From contig CAWGEZ010000060.1 of assembly GCA_963821605.1 (NCBI GenBank), forward strand, positions 9,915-73,914: a DNA stretch of 64,000 bases, in the 5' to 3' direction. The position numbers and the translations under genes are program-made. The notes beneath the pieces were generated by a model, which was not told the origin of the DNA, did no database searches, and saw only the letters and a program-made list of their open reading frames with translations. Source of the DNA: an uncultured delta proteobacterium. Lineage in GTDB: Bacteria > Desulfobacterota > Syntrophorhabdia > Syntrophorhabdales > WCHB1-27. Within the stretch, counting starts at the first letter, position 1; each line of letters begins with the position of its first letter. This document shows, piece after piece, positions 11,153 to 22,396 of this stretch.

Positions 11153-12502
11153 ATGACCCCAGGTCGCAGACTCAGACTCGCTCGGGCTCAAGCGATGTTC
11201 ATGGAGACTTTTGGGCTCGGTCGCACAGTATCGCTCAGCGCCATTATTTTGATCGGCGTGGTTATACTCTTTGCTGTTTTCTGGTTCTTTTATTCAGCTC
11301 CACCCGATACCATCACCATCACGACCGGTCCCGAGGGCAGCATCTTTCAAACGACTGCCGAAAAATACCGCAAGATATTGGCGCGCAACGGCGTGAAGTT
11401 GAAGATCCTTCCGTCTCAAGGCTCGCTGGAAAATCTCAAGAGGCTATTAGATCCCTCGTTCCGGGTCGACATCGGATTCGTTCAAGGCGGCGTGGCCGGT
11501 GGGCTGAATATCGATAAGCTGGTCTCGCTCGGGAGTATTTCCTATGAACCGCTCCTGGTTGTCTATAGAAGCGTCAAGCCGGTGGACTTGCTTTCCCAAT
11601 TGAACGGCAAGCGTCTCGCCATCGGTCCGGAGGGCAGCGGAACGCGATCCCTCGCTTTGACCCTGCTCGCAGCCAATGGCATCCAACCCGGCGGGGCGAC
11701 TGTCCTGCTGGATCTGCACGCAGAAGACGCAGCAAAGGCCCTGATCGAGGGTAACGTAGACGCCGCGTTCTTGATGGGAGATGCCGCCTCGCCCAAGACC
11801 ATGCTTCAAGCTTCTGATGACGGCAGGAATCCATATGTTTGATTTCACGCAGGCTGACGGTTATTCGCGTCGCATCGTCTATTTGAACAAGCTGGAGCTT
11901 CCGATGGGGTCCATCGATTTCGGAAAGAATATCCCCGCGCACGATTTCCACCTGATTGGCCCGACGGTCGAGATCATTGCTCGGGCCAATCTGCATCCGG
12001 CGCTGTCCGATCTCCTGCTTGAGGCGGCGACCGAAGTGCACGGAAGGGCCGGCCTGCTCAAGCGCCAGGGCGAGTTTCCTGCCCCGCTGGAGCATGAATT
12101 TCGCATAAGCGCCGATGCGATCCGCTTCTACAAATCGGGCAAGGGCTTCCTCTATCGTTCCCTTCCATTCTGGGTGGCAAGTCTGGTGAACCGTATCCTG
12201 GTGGCATTCGTGCCGGTGGTTGTGGTGCTGATCCCGGTAATGCGGATCATCCCTGTGCTCTATCGATGGCGCATCGGTTACGCATCTACCGGTGGTATCG
12301 TGTGTTGCTGGTACTCGAACAGGACATGATCGCGCACCTGGGATCCGAGAAACGGGAAGAATTGCTGGGGCGGCTCGATCGTATCGAGGAGGAAGTCAAC
12401 AAGATGAAAATGCCGGCGTCCTTTGGTGACCAGTTCTATGTGCTCCGCCAGCACATCGGTTTCGTGCGTAACCGACTTATGGGCAGCACTCAGTCGAATT
12501 GA
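11153..12502 (+). CDS. TAXI-family TRAP solute receptor-like protein with N- and C-terminal TM segments (two frameshifts)
   Basis: Three consecutive overlapping ORFs (11153..11842, 11781..12329, 12266..12502) read as one protein. It has an N-terminal TM segment, a TAXI-like core (ITITTGPEGSIFQTTAEKY...LAIGPEGSGTRSLA) and a C-terminal TM region plus tail. Confidence 0.6.
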
Positions 12503-12503
12503 G

Positions 12504-13445
12504 TTATGCCTTACCTAAATCTTTTCCCATCGTCTTCCAAAGGAGTTCTTCCATCTCTGATGTTAACTTGGGCATGGCTTCCCCTTCCTTTGATTTGATC
12601 CGCTCTTCGTACAGGGCTTCAAGCTGAGGAAGGAGACCCTTCAGCGCCGGGGCTGCATCCACTCTCTGGCTGATCAGGCTGCGCTGCTCGAGGGCTCTCT
12701 CAAAGTCGTTTTTATCAATAGGGATATCGTAGAGCAGATTCAAAATCTCCATCAGGCTTACCTTGCCCACGTGATCCTCTTCCAATACGGCATACTGGGG
12801 CAAAGAGACGATGAACGAGATCGTTTCTATGCCCAAATCGGGCGCCTTTTGCGAAATCAGGAAGGTGATGGTCGTCGGACCCTCGTAAGTACTCTGCAGG
12901 GCACCCGATTTCTTCAAATCCTGCAGGGCCTCTTGCCCTATTGCCCCTCCATTGACGATTAGGGGTCTGGTGTGAGGAACCACGTCATACATGCTTCCCA
13001 GAAGGATATATTTCTTCGCGTTGAGTCTCTTGAGAAGCTTTAAGACGGAGTCAACATAAACTTCAGAAAGAGCGTGAGGCTCAAGAAGGTGCAGAAAGAG
13101 GAGGTCATTTCCTCCTTCTCTTCTGGCGTAGCGAACGATCATGTTGGGAACGGACACCCTACGAACACCCTCTTCATAATGGAGAGTAGGACGGTATCGG
13201 GTAAAATCGAAGAAGTGACCGGGCCTGGCCAGACGGGCCAACTCCTTGGCCTCGAATTGAGTCTCCAGTTCGTTCAGAACCAGAGTCCCGACATTATTCA
13301 CATCTATCCAGGGCCGAAGAATAGCAAGAGCATAAGGCTCGTTCAATTCCGGAACAGGTTCACTTAATTCAAAAGCGCCGATTCTCACGTATGATTCCTC
13401 CCGCTGCACCATCTTTTGATAATTGCTATAGTCCCCCTGGAACAT
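12504..13445 (-). CDS. PAC2 (proteasome assembly chaperone-like) family protein
   Basis: Intact 313-aa ORF. The pattern ALAILRPWIDVNNVGTLVLNELE...FFDFTRYRPTL resembles bacterial PAC2-family proteins. Recognition only. Confidence 0.5.
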   Translation of the reverse strand: MFQGDYSNYQKMVQREESYVRIGAFELSEPVPELNEPYALAILRPWIDVNNVGTLVLNELETQFEAKELARLARPGHFFDFTRYRPTLHYEEGVRRVSVPNMIVRYARREGGNDLLFLHLLEPHALSEVYVDSVLKLLKRLNAKKYILLGSMYDVVPHTRPLIVNGGAIGQEALQDLKKSGALQSTYEGPTTITFLISQKAPDLGIETISFIVSLPQYAVLEEDHVGKVSLMEILNLLYDIPIDKNDFERALEQRSLISQRVDAAPALKGLLPQLEALYEERIKSKEGEAMPKLTSEMEELLWKTMGKDLGKA

Positions 13446-13702
13446 TATAGAACAAATTCACTATTCTGGGAATATTTTGATAACCTGGTAGGGCGTCGAA
13501 AGTAGAGTACAGGAACTTTTCCGGGTACCCTCCGGGTGAGAGAATAGCGTTCCGGCAGCCACGGATTGTTTGGGCAGCAGGTTGTTGAGTGATCTATAAA
13601 GGACGCCGACCTTGTGGTAGACTACACTAGAGTTATGAGGTGGCTGTTAGAGCGCATTCACCGCTTACTTGAGATGGGCATGAGGTACCGCCGGGAGTCC
13701 CG

Positions 13703-14875
13703 ATGAGACAAGGAACAAGACTACTACCGGTCGAGAACATAATGATGGAGTTTGCGCGTTTGACCGGACTGTCGCCCGCAAGCAGCTCGCCCCGGCGCTA
13801 CCTGTGGACCGACGCTTTCGCGGTCTGCAACTTCTTAAGTCTTTATGAGGAGACCCGGGAAGAAAAATTCAAGGATCTGACACTGCAGCTCGTGGACCAG
13901 GTGCACGTCGTACTCGGCCGGCACCGGCACGACGACTCCCGAACCGGTTGGCTTAGCGGGCTCGATGAGCAAGAGGGGAGGCTGTATCCCACCAGGGGGG
14001 GATTGAGAATAGGCAAGAAGTTGAAGGAACGGAGGCTGACCGAGCCTTTAGACGAGCGTCTGGAATGGGATCGGGATGGTCAGTACTATCATTACCTGAC
14101 CAAATGGATGCACGCCCTCAACCGCGTCACGAAAGTCACCGGAGATTTTACTTACAACCGATGGGCACTGGAGCTTGCGAGATCCGCCCATGCGAGGTTT
14201 GTTTACGCGGCTTCTCCTGGCGGACAGAAGCGCATGCACTGGAAGATGAGCATAGATCTCTCGTATCCCCTCGTATTTTCCATGGGGCAACACGACCCCC
14301 TTGACGGACTGATCACCTATACGCAACTTCAGGCGACAGCCGCGGAAGACCCTGAACGGGCAGCAAAGGAGTTGAGCGCTGAGATTGCTGATATGGCCCG
14401 TATGTGCCAGGGGAAAAACTGGGTCACCGATGATTCCCTCGGCATCGGCGGGCTGCTGTCCGACGCGTTCCGCGTCGCTCAACTGATGGTGAAAGGGTAT
14501 TTCGCGGGTGCCGACCTGCTTGCCGTAGTACTGGACGCTTCTCTCGCAGGCTTGGAGGCGTTCGGCAGGGAGGATACCTTAAGGCTTCCTGCGGATTACC
14601 GCCTTGCCTTCCGGGAGCTGGGATTGTCGATCGGGTTGAAGGCTGTGGAAAGGCTGCCGGGGCTCATTGAGCGAAATGAACGGATCTTTGGTACGGCACG
14701 TGAGCTGAAGGCGCGGACGAAAGCCCTGAAACAATATGAAGCGCTTGCAGAAGCTATCGACAGGTTCTGGCTTGAGCCTGAGCACCAGAAAGTAAGGAGC
14801 TGGACGGAGCATCAAGAGATTAACATGGTAATGCTGGCGACCTGTCTGGTCCCTGATGGATACCTAACGCTTTAA
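13703..14875 (+). CDS. Conserved-looking hypothetical protein
   Basis: Intact 390-aa ORF with coding-like composition. No family recognised. Confidence 0.5.
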   Translation: MRQGTRLLPVENIMMEFARLTGLSPASSSPRRYLWTDAFAVCNFLSLYEETREEKFKDLTLQLVDQVHVVLGRHRHDDSRTGWLSGLDEQEGRLYPTRGGLRIGKKLKERRLTEPLDERLEWDRDGQYYHYLTKWMHALNRVTKVTGDFTYNRWALELARSAHARFVYAASPGGQKRMHWKMSIDLSYPLVFSMGQHDPLDGLITYTQLQATAAEDPERAAKELSAEIADMARMCQGKNWVTDDSLGIGGLLSDAFRVAQLMVKGYFAGADLLAVVLDASLAGLEAFGREDTLRLPADYRLAFRELGLSIGLKAVERLPGLIERNERIFGTARELKARTKALKQYEALAEAIDRFWLEPEHQKVRSWTEHQEINMVMLATCLVPDGYLTL

Positions 14876-14893
14876 TGTGAAGAGGAGGTCCTC

Positions 14894-15461
14894 ATGAGAA
14901 AAACTGTCCTGAGCGGTGCTCTTGTTGTACTTGTTTTATGTCTCGTTACCGGCGCGTTTGCCATGGAGTTCTCCGCGGATATGGTGTCGACCGCGCATGG
15001 GCAGACTACTACTTCCAAGGTATTTGCCAAGGATCAGAAGTTCCGCATGGAACCGAAGGGTCAGCCCACGTACTCTATCGTGAGAGGGGACAAGCAGGTG
15101 GTCTGGATGGTCATGCCGGACCAGAAGTCCTACATGGAGATGAAGACAAACCCGAGCCAGCAGCTGAAGGTAGAAGAGAAGGTGCAGGGCGAGGTCAGCA
15201 GGAAACTGATCGGTGCCGAGACGGTCGATGGGCACCCCACGCAGAAGTATGAGGTGACCTACGCTGAGGGTGGCAAAACCGATAAGCTGTATCAGTGGAT
15301 GGCCACGGATATCAAGTTCCCGGTGAAGATGGCAGCCGTTGACGGGAGCTGGACCATGGAATACAAGAACATCAAGCTGGGCACTCAGCCGGCCAGTCTC
15401 TTTGAACTCCCCTCTGGCTACAATAAGATGGCGGTCGCCCTCGATGCCCGGAGCAGCCTAA
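14894..15461 (+). CDS. LolA-like / DUF4412-type periplasmic protein; 3' end uncertain
   Basis: It has a signal peptide and a beta-rich body ending ...FELPSGYNKM. The listed ORF then runs on as an Arg-rich tail to 15754, overlapping the next gene. This suggests a frameshift near 15440 with a true stop at 15461 or 15498. Confidence 0.45.
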
Positions 15462-15584
15462 GGTGCCGAAGGCACCAGGCAAGACCGGTTCAGAATAAGC
15501 CCACTTCTCCTCTTGGCAGCTCGGATAGGTCAGTCTTTCTCCTCCGTGTCCGGTTGAGGTATAGTGTAGTGACGGATACCGGGC

Positions 15585-16442
15585 ATGAGGGTTGTCGATC
15601 TGATACGACTGGTTCTGCTGGCGTCGATCTGGGGCGCTTCGTTTATCTTTGTGCGCGTCCTTTCACCCGTGATCGGCCCTGTTATGACAGCCGATTTCCG
15701 CGTACTGATCGCCGGGATCTTCCTCTGCATCTACTTCAAAATCGCCGGGATTGAGACGGAATGGCGCCGCCTGTGGAAAGAATACCTGGCGGTCGGTACG
15801 CTCAATTCGGGATTCCCATTTCTGCTCTATGCGTGGGCTGCGCTCTACGTTCCAGCCAGTTACCTCGTGATTATCAATTCGACGTCGCCTTTGTTCGGTG
15901 CTGTATGCTCGGCTTACTGGCTCGGGGAAAGGCTCACGCTCCTTAAAATAACAGGGCTCCTGCTGGGCGCGGCAGGGGTGGCGCTCATAGTCCGTATACC
16001 CTCTCCCGAACTCAATCCCATGTTTGGGTTGGCTCTGCTCGTGTCACTCGTCTGTCCCATCTGCTTCGCCCTTTCAGGGATCTACGTCAGGAAGTCGGCA
16101 GTCTCAACGAAGCCGACTACGCTGGCCGGAGCGAGCCTGCTTGCGACAGGTATGCTGCTTTTTCCTCTCGTGCCCCTGGCCCCTCCACCGGGAACGGTCA
16201 CGCTTTCCGTGGCCATGAACATCCTCGCTCTTGCCATTTTATGCACCGCAGTGGGATATCTGTTATTCTACCGCCTGCTGGCCGACGTGGGACCCACCAA
16301 GGCTCTGATGGTCACCTTCCTGATACCGGCCTTCGGCATGCTCTGGAGTGTCCTCTTCCTGTCCGAGACAGTCACTCCGGCAATGACGGCCGGATGCGCC
16401 CTCATTGTTACGGGCACCGCGCTCGTGATCAGGAAGGGTTAG
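15585..16442 (+). CDS. EamA/DMT-family transporter
   Basis: 285 aa with about ten hydrophobic segments and two EamA-like repeats. Confidence 0.75.
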   Translation: MRVVDLIRLVLLASIWGASFIFVRVLSPVIGPVMTADFRVLIAGIFLCIYFKIAGIETEWRRLWKEYLAVGTLNSGFPFLLYAWAALYVPASYLVIINSTSPLFGAVCSAYWLGERLTLLKITGLLLGAAGVALIVRIPSPELNPMFGLALLVSLVCPICFALSGIYVRKSAVSTKPTTLAGASLLATGMLLFPLVPLAPPPGTVTLSVAMNILALAILCTAVGYLLFYRLLADVGPTKALMVTFLIPAFGMLWSVLFLSETVTPAMTAGCALIVTGTALVIRKG

Positions 16443-16460
16443 AATTATGTTCACTATCTG

Positions 16461-16832
16461 TTAATCGATCCGTTCCAGGCGAGCTTCGACTATGCCGCTC
16501 TCTAAGTCGTCCAAGAATTCACAGGATTCATCTGTGTGGCGCACACTAGGGCAGGCAAGTTCTATCAGCATAGAGAGGCTTTGCTGAAACCACTGAGAGT
16601 CATCTTCTGTGGGAGAATCTCCATCTATGAGTTCGAGGAAGTTGACGGCTCGTACCAGAAGATTCGGGTCCCGGTTCTTGGTGCCGATCAACTCCACGTG
16701 GTTGATGGCAATCTCATAGAATGAATCGGCAAGGCATTCGACCTCCTCAGCATCGATCAGCCTCATCTGCCAGAGCCTGTTTCGTGCGAGTTTGAAACAG
16801 GCAACACGCAGCATGCTCTCATGGAGTTCCAT
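16461..16832 (-). CDS. Hypothetical acidic protein
   Basis: Intact 123-aa ORF. No family recognised. Confidence 0.35.
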   Translation of the reverse strand: MELHESMLRVACFKLARNRLWQMRLIDAEEVECLADSFYEIAINHVELIGTKNRDPNLLVRAVNFLELIDGDSPTEDDSQWFQQSLSMLIELACPSVRHTDESCEFLDDLESGIVEARLERID

Positions 16833-16990
16833 TTCTATGCCCGCTTTTCCTTTGCTATGATTAGTCGTCCGATCATTATCCGACTGAATTTTTATCGGCC
16901 GTATTGGGAAATCCTTTACAAATTAGTACTTTGTTAATACTTTTGTATTAGGCCATTTGCAAAGTACAGCGTCAATGCCTATACTTTTTC

Positions 16991-17449
16991 TTGCGGACCA
17001 TTGACCTAGCGGGGTGCCCCATAAAACGCGTCTCTTTCTTCTTCCTGGCAATCAGCGTTGCATGCCTCCTGCCGGCCTCTTTGCCGGCCCAGGAGGAAGG
17101 CTACCAGCCGACCAACGAAATGAGCGCTCTGGAGATTTCCTTCAAGCAGCAGTACGACCAGCTCGCTATCCAGATCGCGGACCTTCGGAGTCAGATTGAG
17201 GACTTGAGGGGCATTAAGGCCCAAGTGCAGAGCATCATTGATCAGGTGCAGAGCAAGCGCTCGACAAGTTTCTCCCAGGAGACGGACAAGTACCGGCAGC
17301 TTGAAGTGCTGGTGCCTGTGGCGGTCCGCTTCTCTCAGGACCTGGAGAACAAACAGACTCAGATGAACCAGCTCTTCTCCAGAAGGGACGCGGTCAAGTC
17401 AAGAGTCTTACAATGGCGCGGTACTCTCCCACCATGGTGGTTGGAGTAG
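16991..17449 (+). CDS. Hypothetical secreted coiled-coil protein
   Basis: TTG start, a signal peptide (FFFLAISVACLLPASLPAQ) and a Gln/Leu-rich heptad-like body. Confidence 0.4.
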   Translation: MRTIDLAGCPIKRVSFFFLAISVACLLPASLPAQEEGYQPTNEMSALEISFKQQYDQLAIQIADLRSQIEDLRGIKAQVQSIIDQVQSKRSTSFSQETDKYRQLEVLVPVAVRFSQDLENKQTQMNQLFSRRDAVKSRVLQWRGTLPPWWLE

Positions 17450-17468
17450 GAAAAGGAGGGCAAGACTC

Positions 17469-17804
17469 ATGGGGATTCTGATTAGCTGGCTGGTTACGAC
17501 TCTGGCTGTACTTATCGCTGCTTACCTGTTGCCAGGCGTAACCGTAAGAAACTTTTTCGCAGGGCTGTTGACGGCGTTGGTGCTCGGCCTGGTCAATGCG
17601 ATTTTGAGACCTGTCCTTGTGATTCTCACCCTGCCACTGACCGTGGTGACGCTTGGTCTTTTCATTTTTGTCATCAATGCTTTATTGGTGCTCCTCACAT
17701 CCGCCATCGTACCCGGCTTCGAAGTACGCAGCTTCTGGTGGGCGCTTCTTTTCAGCCTTCTATTCTCCATAGTCAGCTTCGTCCTTCACAGGATCGTACC
17801 GTGA
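17469..17804 (+). CDS. 4-TM membrane protein of the phage-holin-4 / YvlD-like family
   Basis: 111 aa with four hydrophobic helices. The motif LVNAILRPVLVILTLPLTVVTLGLF is typical of this family. Confidence 0.55.
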   Translation: MGILISWLVTTLAVLIAAYLLPGVTVRNFFAGLLTALVLGLVNAILRPVLVILTLPLTVVTLGLFIFVINALLVLLTSAIVPGFEVRSFWWALLFSLLFSIVSFVLHRIVP

Positions 17805-17822
17805 TAGCCGGAAGAACAGTGG

Positions 17823-17961
17823 ATAGTGATCAGTGATCAGTGAACAGTCGAGGTGCGCGGTACCTCACATCTTTGGCACTTCACTGAACACAGTTCGCTG
17901 ACCACTGAACATCGTAACTCGAACTCGTAACGTATTCCGGCCACCGATCACTGATCACTAT
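17823..17961. repeat. Long intergenic hairpin (16-bp perfect arms of GATCA/GTGAT words, 107-bp spacer)
   Basis: ATAGTGATCAGTGATC (17823-17838) pairs with GATCACTGATCACTAT (17946-17961). It lies between convergent genes. Confidence 0.65.
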
Positions 17962-19163
17962 ATTTGAACTATATCCAGTGGGATATCGGTCACCCTCTCC
18001 AAACCGTTTTTTCTCACGATAAAATCGACCTCTATCCCTATAGCGCCCTTGCCGGGAAGGGCAAACTTGGGCTCAAAGGCAAAGACCATACCCTCCTCGT
18101 AAAATGGTATGATGTCTCGGGGTAATGACGGGCAATTCGTTGATCTCAAGACCAAGGCCGTGGCCGATGAAAGAGACCTTTCCCTCGCCAAACCCCATAA
18201 AGTAGGCATCTAGATGAGCCTTACTAGCCATGCTTGGCGGCCCTGTTGAATAGCTGCGCAGCATCTACACCTTCCCTGCCATAGGCCGCGGCATCCTCGA
18301 TGATCTCTCTTGAGACTTCGTAGGGCTTTTTGAAGATCTTTTTCATGGTACCAATCACGAAGAGATGCGTCTCATCGGTGACGTATCCGTTGTATCCTCC
18401 ACCGTAGTCAACACAGATCGGGACACCCTTCTCGACGCTTTTCAATGATGAACCGAGGGGCACGGCAGGCGTAACGCCCATGCCCCCAACGGCCACATCA
18501 GAAGGTGACGGCAATGCCCCTGTGTATCCCGCGGTAACCGTGATAGTCGTCATTTCGAGGTTGAACCCCCTCATTCTCAAAAAGCCCTGATGCCCCCGCT
18601 TCCTGCCTTCGGCGACCAGTTCTGCGTCAATGTCTAATTCTCTCGTGCCTTCCCTGATCACACGTTTCGCCTTTGCGAAGACGTGACGCATGATCTCGCC
18701 GGACTTCCTGACCTGCTCAAGCTCAAAAGGGCTCTTTATCTCACGCAATGCTTTGATCAAGGGCGTAGCGTCCACAAACGTCTCAAAACCGATGATCCTT
18801 TTGAACCTTTCAAAAACAGAGACAGGAACCACGTCGAGTTCCATGCCGCCTGTGCCCTTGGTAATCTTCTTGCGGCGCAAAATCTCCTTTATGGCCTTGT
18901 CGTTTTCTATCGGTGTAACAACGAGTGGCGTCTCCAATCTGGCTCGCTCCACGCTCTTCTCAACAAAGAAAATTGGGTCGCGATCAACCGGGACGACAAG
19001 GACACCCTTCTGGACAGTGCCGGTGAAGTAAAACATATCGACGTTTTGCAGAATGACACAAAAATCGATGCCGGCTTCAGCCATATTCCGCTTGAGACCG
19101 TCAATACGCCGCAAGATTTCCTGTTTCGGGGTCAGTTCAATGTTTTCAATACGACTTTGGCAT
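17958..19163 (-). pseudogene. M24-family metallopeptidase (Xaa-Pro aminopeptidase/creatinase-like), copy A; at least 3 frameshifts
   Basis: The pieces are ATG 19163 (MPKS..), 18224..19114, 18073..18264 and 17958..18209. Together they rebuild a creatinase-N plus M24 fold (VDYGGGYNGYVTDETH, GHGLGLEINELP, AFEPKF). Confidence 0.7.
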
Positions 19164-19368
19164 GGTGACTCGCTTTCTTTGCTGCCAGTTCTTCCTTACA
19201 GGATGCTCCTTATCCCACGAGGAGTCCTTCAGGGTCTGCGCTATCGCTACAGGGTGCGTACGCTATCGCTATCGTTCTTCGTGCCTCGTTCTTGGAAAGT
19301 ACAAAACTACATCACCCGTGGGAGAACACCACGTATACCCAGCGAAGCGCAAGCCGTCTGATGGTCCA

Positions 19369-19483
19369 TATGCCAGGTCGAATTTTGATGATTGCCGAGG
19401 CGACCGAGGAGGAGTGGATAGCGCAGCATCCTGTAAGGACGACGTAAGGCAACGAAGGCAGGCGCAAAAGACGACGTGGCATA
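19369..19483. mobile_element. MITE-like intergenic element, family A copy 2
   Basis: It runs TATGCCAGG...TGGCATA. It shares GAATTTTGATG..GAGGCGA.CCGAGGA and GGCAACGAAG..AGGCGCAAAAG blocks with the reverse complement of 760..889. It lies between the two M24 peptidase copies. Confidence 0.6.
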
Positions 19484-19504
19484 TGGACTTTTGACGAAGC
19501 CGTC

Positions 19505-20712
19505 CTAGACATACACGACGTCGATTGGGGAAGTCTACTATCCTTTCCAGCCCCTGCTTACGGACGATGAAGTCCACCTCAATCCCTACGGAGCCTTCAC
19601 CGGGAAAGATGAATTTAGGCTCAAAGGCAAATACCATCCCTTCCTTGAGGACCCTGCTGTGGCGGGAAGTGATAACGGGCAGCTCATTGATCTCCAGACC
19701 CAGGCCGTGGCCGATGAAAGAGACCTGACCTTCCCCGAATCCCATGAAATGATCCTCCAGTTGTGCCCTTTTCACCAGTTGAACGGCCCTGTTGAATATC
19801 TCGGTGCAATCTATGCCTTCCCGGCCGAAGCTCGTCACATCTTCAACGATCTCCCTTGCGACCTCGTAGGCCTTCTTGAAAGGCTCCTTCATGTCGCCCA
19901 CGACGTATACCCGTGTTTCATCCGTTACGTAGCCGTTGTAACCACCGCCGTAATCGACCAGCACCGGCACGCCTCGTTCCACGGGCTTCAGGGAAGAACC
20001 CTGTGCGATGGCCGCTGTCAGCCCGAGTCCTGCATATCGGCACATCCGCATGGGATGGGATTCCGCTGGTTGCACCTGCTGTCACGTACAGATTCATCAT
20101 CTCCTGGTTGAAGCCGCGCATGCGCAGGAAACCTTGATGGCCGTATCTTCTGCCTTCAGCCACGAGTTCCGCATCGATATCGATCTCCCTTATGCCCTCG
20201 CGGACTACATGCTTTGCCTTTTCAAAAATGCGGGCAATGATCCGGCCGGATCGTTTTATCTGCTCAAGCTCAAAAGGAGCTTTTCATTATCCTGAGCTCA
20301 CGGACGAGGGGCGTGACGTCCACAAATCTATCGAAGCCGACAATAGTCTTGAACCTCTCGAAAACAGAAACCGGTACAACGTCCAGTTCCATACCCCCCT
20401 TGCCTTTCAGTATCCCCTTTTGCAGGAGGATCGCCCCTATATCTTTGTCTTTTTTTATCGGCGTGATGTGTCGAGAGGCGTCTCCGCATTCACCCGCTCA
20501 AGGCTCCTCTCCACAAAAAGAAGAGGGTCATCGTCGAGTGGTATCACCATGACGCCTTTCTGTATAGTGCCACTGAAATAGAAGAGGTCGGCATTCTGCA
20601 TGATGACGGAAAAACTGATACCTGCTTCCGCCATTTTCTCCTTGAGGCCATTGATGCGCCGCAGCAGCTCTTCTTTTGGTGTGTAATCAGAAGCCACGAG
20701 ACTTTGCCACAT
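19505..20712 (-). pseudogene. M24-family metallopeptidase, tandem paralogue copy B; at least 4 frameshifts
   Basis: The N-terminus is 20455..20712 (MWQSLVASDYTPKEELLRRINGLKEKMAEAG). The middle fragments lie in other frames. The C-terminal half is inside the 19269..20075 ORF (VDYGGGYNGYVTDETR, GHGLGLEINELP). The probable stop is at 19505. Confidence 0.65.
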
Positions 20713-22396
20713 ACTCCAGTATCCTCCCTATCGCCTCATCCTTGCCGATCTGAACCGGCTCTTTTTCGGTGCGCAGCTTAATGTCGACCATACCTTCTTT
20801 GAGACCTCGCTCTCCGACTGCCACGCGCAGCGGCATGCCGATCAAGTCGCAATCTTTGAATTTTACACCCGGCCTCTCGTTACGGTCATCGAGCACCGTG
20901 TCGATACCCTTGGCCAGCAGACTCTTGTAAATGGTGTCCGCTACCTCCATGCTTTCAGCATGTGATACGTTAACCGGCAATACCTCTACCTCAAACGGAG
21001 CGATGCTGAAGGGCAGCATCATGCCGAACTGATCATTGTTCTGTTCAATGGCAGCGGCAACTGTTCGGCCTATGCCTATGCCGTAGCAGCCCATCACCAT
21101 GTGCTTTTCCTTTCCCTCCTGGTCCAGAAAGGTGGCATTCATCGATTTGCTGTATTTCGTGCCGAGCTTGAAGATATGGCCCACCTCGATGCCGCGCGTA
21201 GCATTATGGAAACCGTCGCATCGCGGGCATCCGTCCCCCACGCATGCAACCTTCAGGTCATAGAAATCCCGGACGCTGAAATCTCCCAGGTTCACGTCGA
21301 CTATATGGACATCCCGCTGATTTCCGCCGACGACAAAGTCTTCCATGCAGAGCACGTCACGGTCTGCATAGAGCGGTATGTTGAGGCCGATGGGACCGGA
21401 AAAACCAAGAGGCCCTCCGGTCACCTGTTCAATCGTCTCCTCATCCGCCAGGGTCAGGAACTCAAGGGAGAGGAGATTCTTCAGCTTTGTCTCGTTCACC
21501 TCCCGGTCGCCGGCCACGAGCACGCCGATGGTGCCCTTATCCGTGGCGTAGAGCAACGTCTTTATCAGCTTGGAGGGTTCGACGCCCAGGAAAGAAGCCA
21601 CATCTTCGACCTTCTTCTTGCCCGGGGTCTCTACCTTCCTGAAGCTGCCGCCCTTCTTGGTGACGGACCTCTCTACGCCGCGCACCTCGGCCCTCTCCAG
21701 GTTTGCAGCGTACTCGCACTTGTTGCAGGAGATAATGGTGTCTTCACCCGTTTCGGCGAGCACCATGAACTCGTGTGAAAAACTGCCCCCGATCTGTCCG
21801 GTATCGGCCTCGACCGCGCGGAAGCGTAACCCGCAGCGCCGGAAGATCTGCTCATAGGCATCGTACATGGCCATGTAGCTTTTCTCCGCCCCTGCCTCGT
21901 CAGCGTCGAAGCTGTAGCCGTCTTTCATGATGAACTCCCGGGAGCGCATCACGCCGAAGCGGGGCCTGATCTCGTCCCGGAACTTTGTCTGGATCTGATA
22001 AAGAATGAGCGGCAGTTCCCGGTACGACCGCACCTCTCTCCTGACCAGATCTGTCACAACCTCTTCGTGTGTCGGAGCCAGGCAGTGCTCACGATCGCCC
22101 CTGTCTTTAAACCTCAGCAACTCCTTCCCGTAAAAATCCCAGCGTCCGCTCTCAACCCACAGCTCTTTCGGCTGCACAGCAGGCATGAGGATCTCCTGGG
22201 CGCCTTTCTTATTCATCTCTTCCCGCACGATGTTCTCCACTTTTCTCAAAGAACGCAAACCGAGCGGCAGCCACGTGTAAATGCCCGAGGCCAGCTTTCG
22301 TATGAACCCGGCCCTCAGCATGAGCCGGTGGCTCAAAACTTCTGCTTCTTTCGGGTCCTCTTTCATAGTGGGCATGAACATCTGCGAAAATAACAT
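20687..22396 (-). CDS. proS: Proline--tRNA ligase (bacterial type)
   Basis: Intact 569 aa. The N-terminus MLFSQMFMPTMKEDPKEAEVLSHRLMLRAGFIRKLASGIYTWLPLG is typical ProRS with an insertion (editing) domain. Confidence 0.95.
   Translation of the reverse strand: MLFSQMFMPTMKEDPKEAEVLSHRLMLRAGFIRKLASGIYTWLPLGLRSLRKVENIVREEMNKKGAQEILMPAVQPKELWVESGRWDFYGKELLRFKDRGDREHCLAPTHEEVVTDLVRREVRSYRELPLILYQIQTKFRDEIRPRFGVMRSREFIMKDGYSFDADEAGAEKSYMAMYDAYEQIFRRCGLRFRAVEADTGQIGGSFSHEFMVLAETGEDTIISCNKCEYAANLERAEVRGVERSVTKKGGSFRKVETPGKKKVEDVASFLGVEPSKLIKTLLYATDKGTIGVLVAGDREVNETKLKNLLSLEFLTLADEETIEQVTGGPLGFSGPIGLNIPLYADRDVLCMEDFVVGGNQRDVHIVDVNLGDFSVRDFYDLKVACVGDGCPRCDGFHNATRGIEVGHIFKLGTKYSKSMNATFLDQEGKEKHMVMGCYGIGIGRTVAAAIEQNNDQFGMMLPFSIAPFEVEVLPVNVSHAESMEVADTIYKSLLAKGIDTVLDDRNERPGVKFKDCDLIGMPLRVAVGERGLKEGMVDIKLRTEKEPVQIGKDEAIGRILEYVAKSRGF

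Noticed and set aside
15462-15754. C-terminal 100 residues of the listed 14894..15754 ORF
   Set aside because: The tail is Arg-rich and low-complexity, and it overlaps the EamA transporter start by 170 nt. It is interpreted as read-through after a frameshift.
17469-17804. Holin-family gene as evidence of a prophage
   Set aside because: No lysin, terminase, capsid or integrase genes are adjacent. This 4-TM family is common in non-phage chromosomal contexts.
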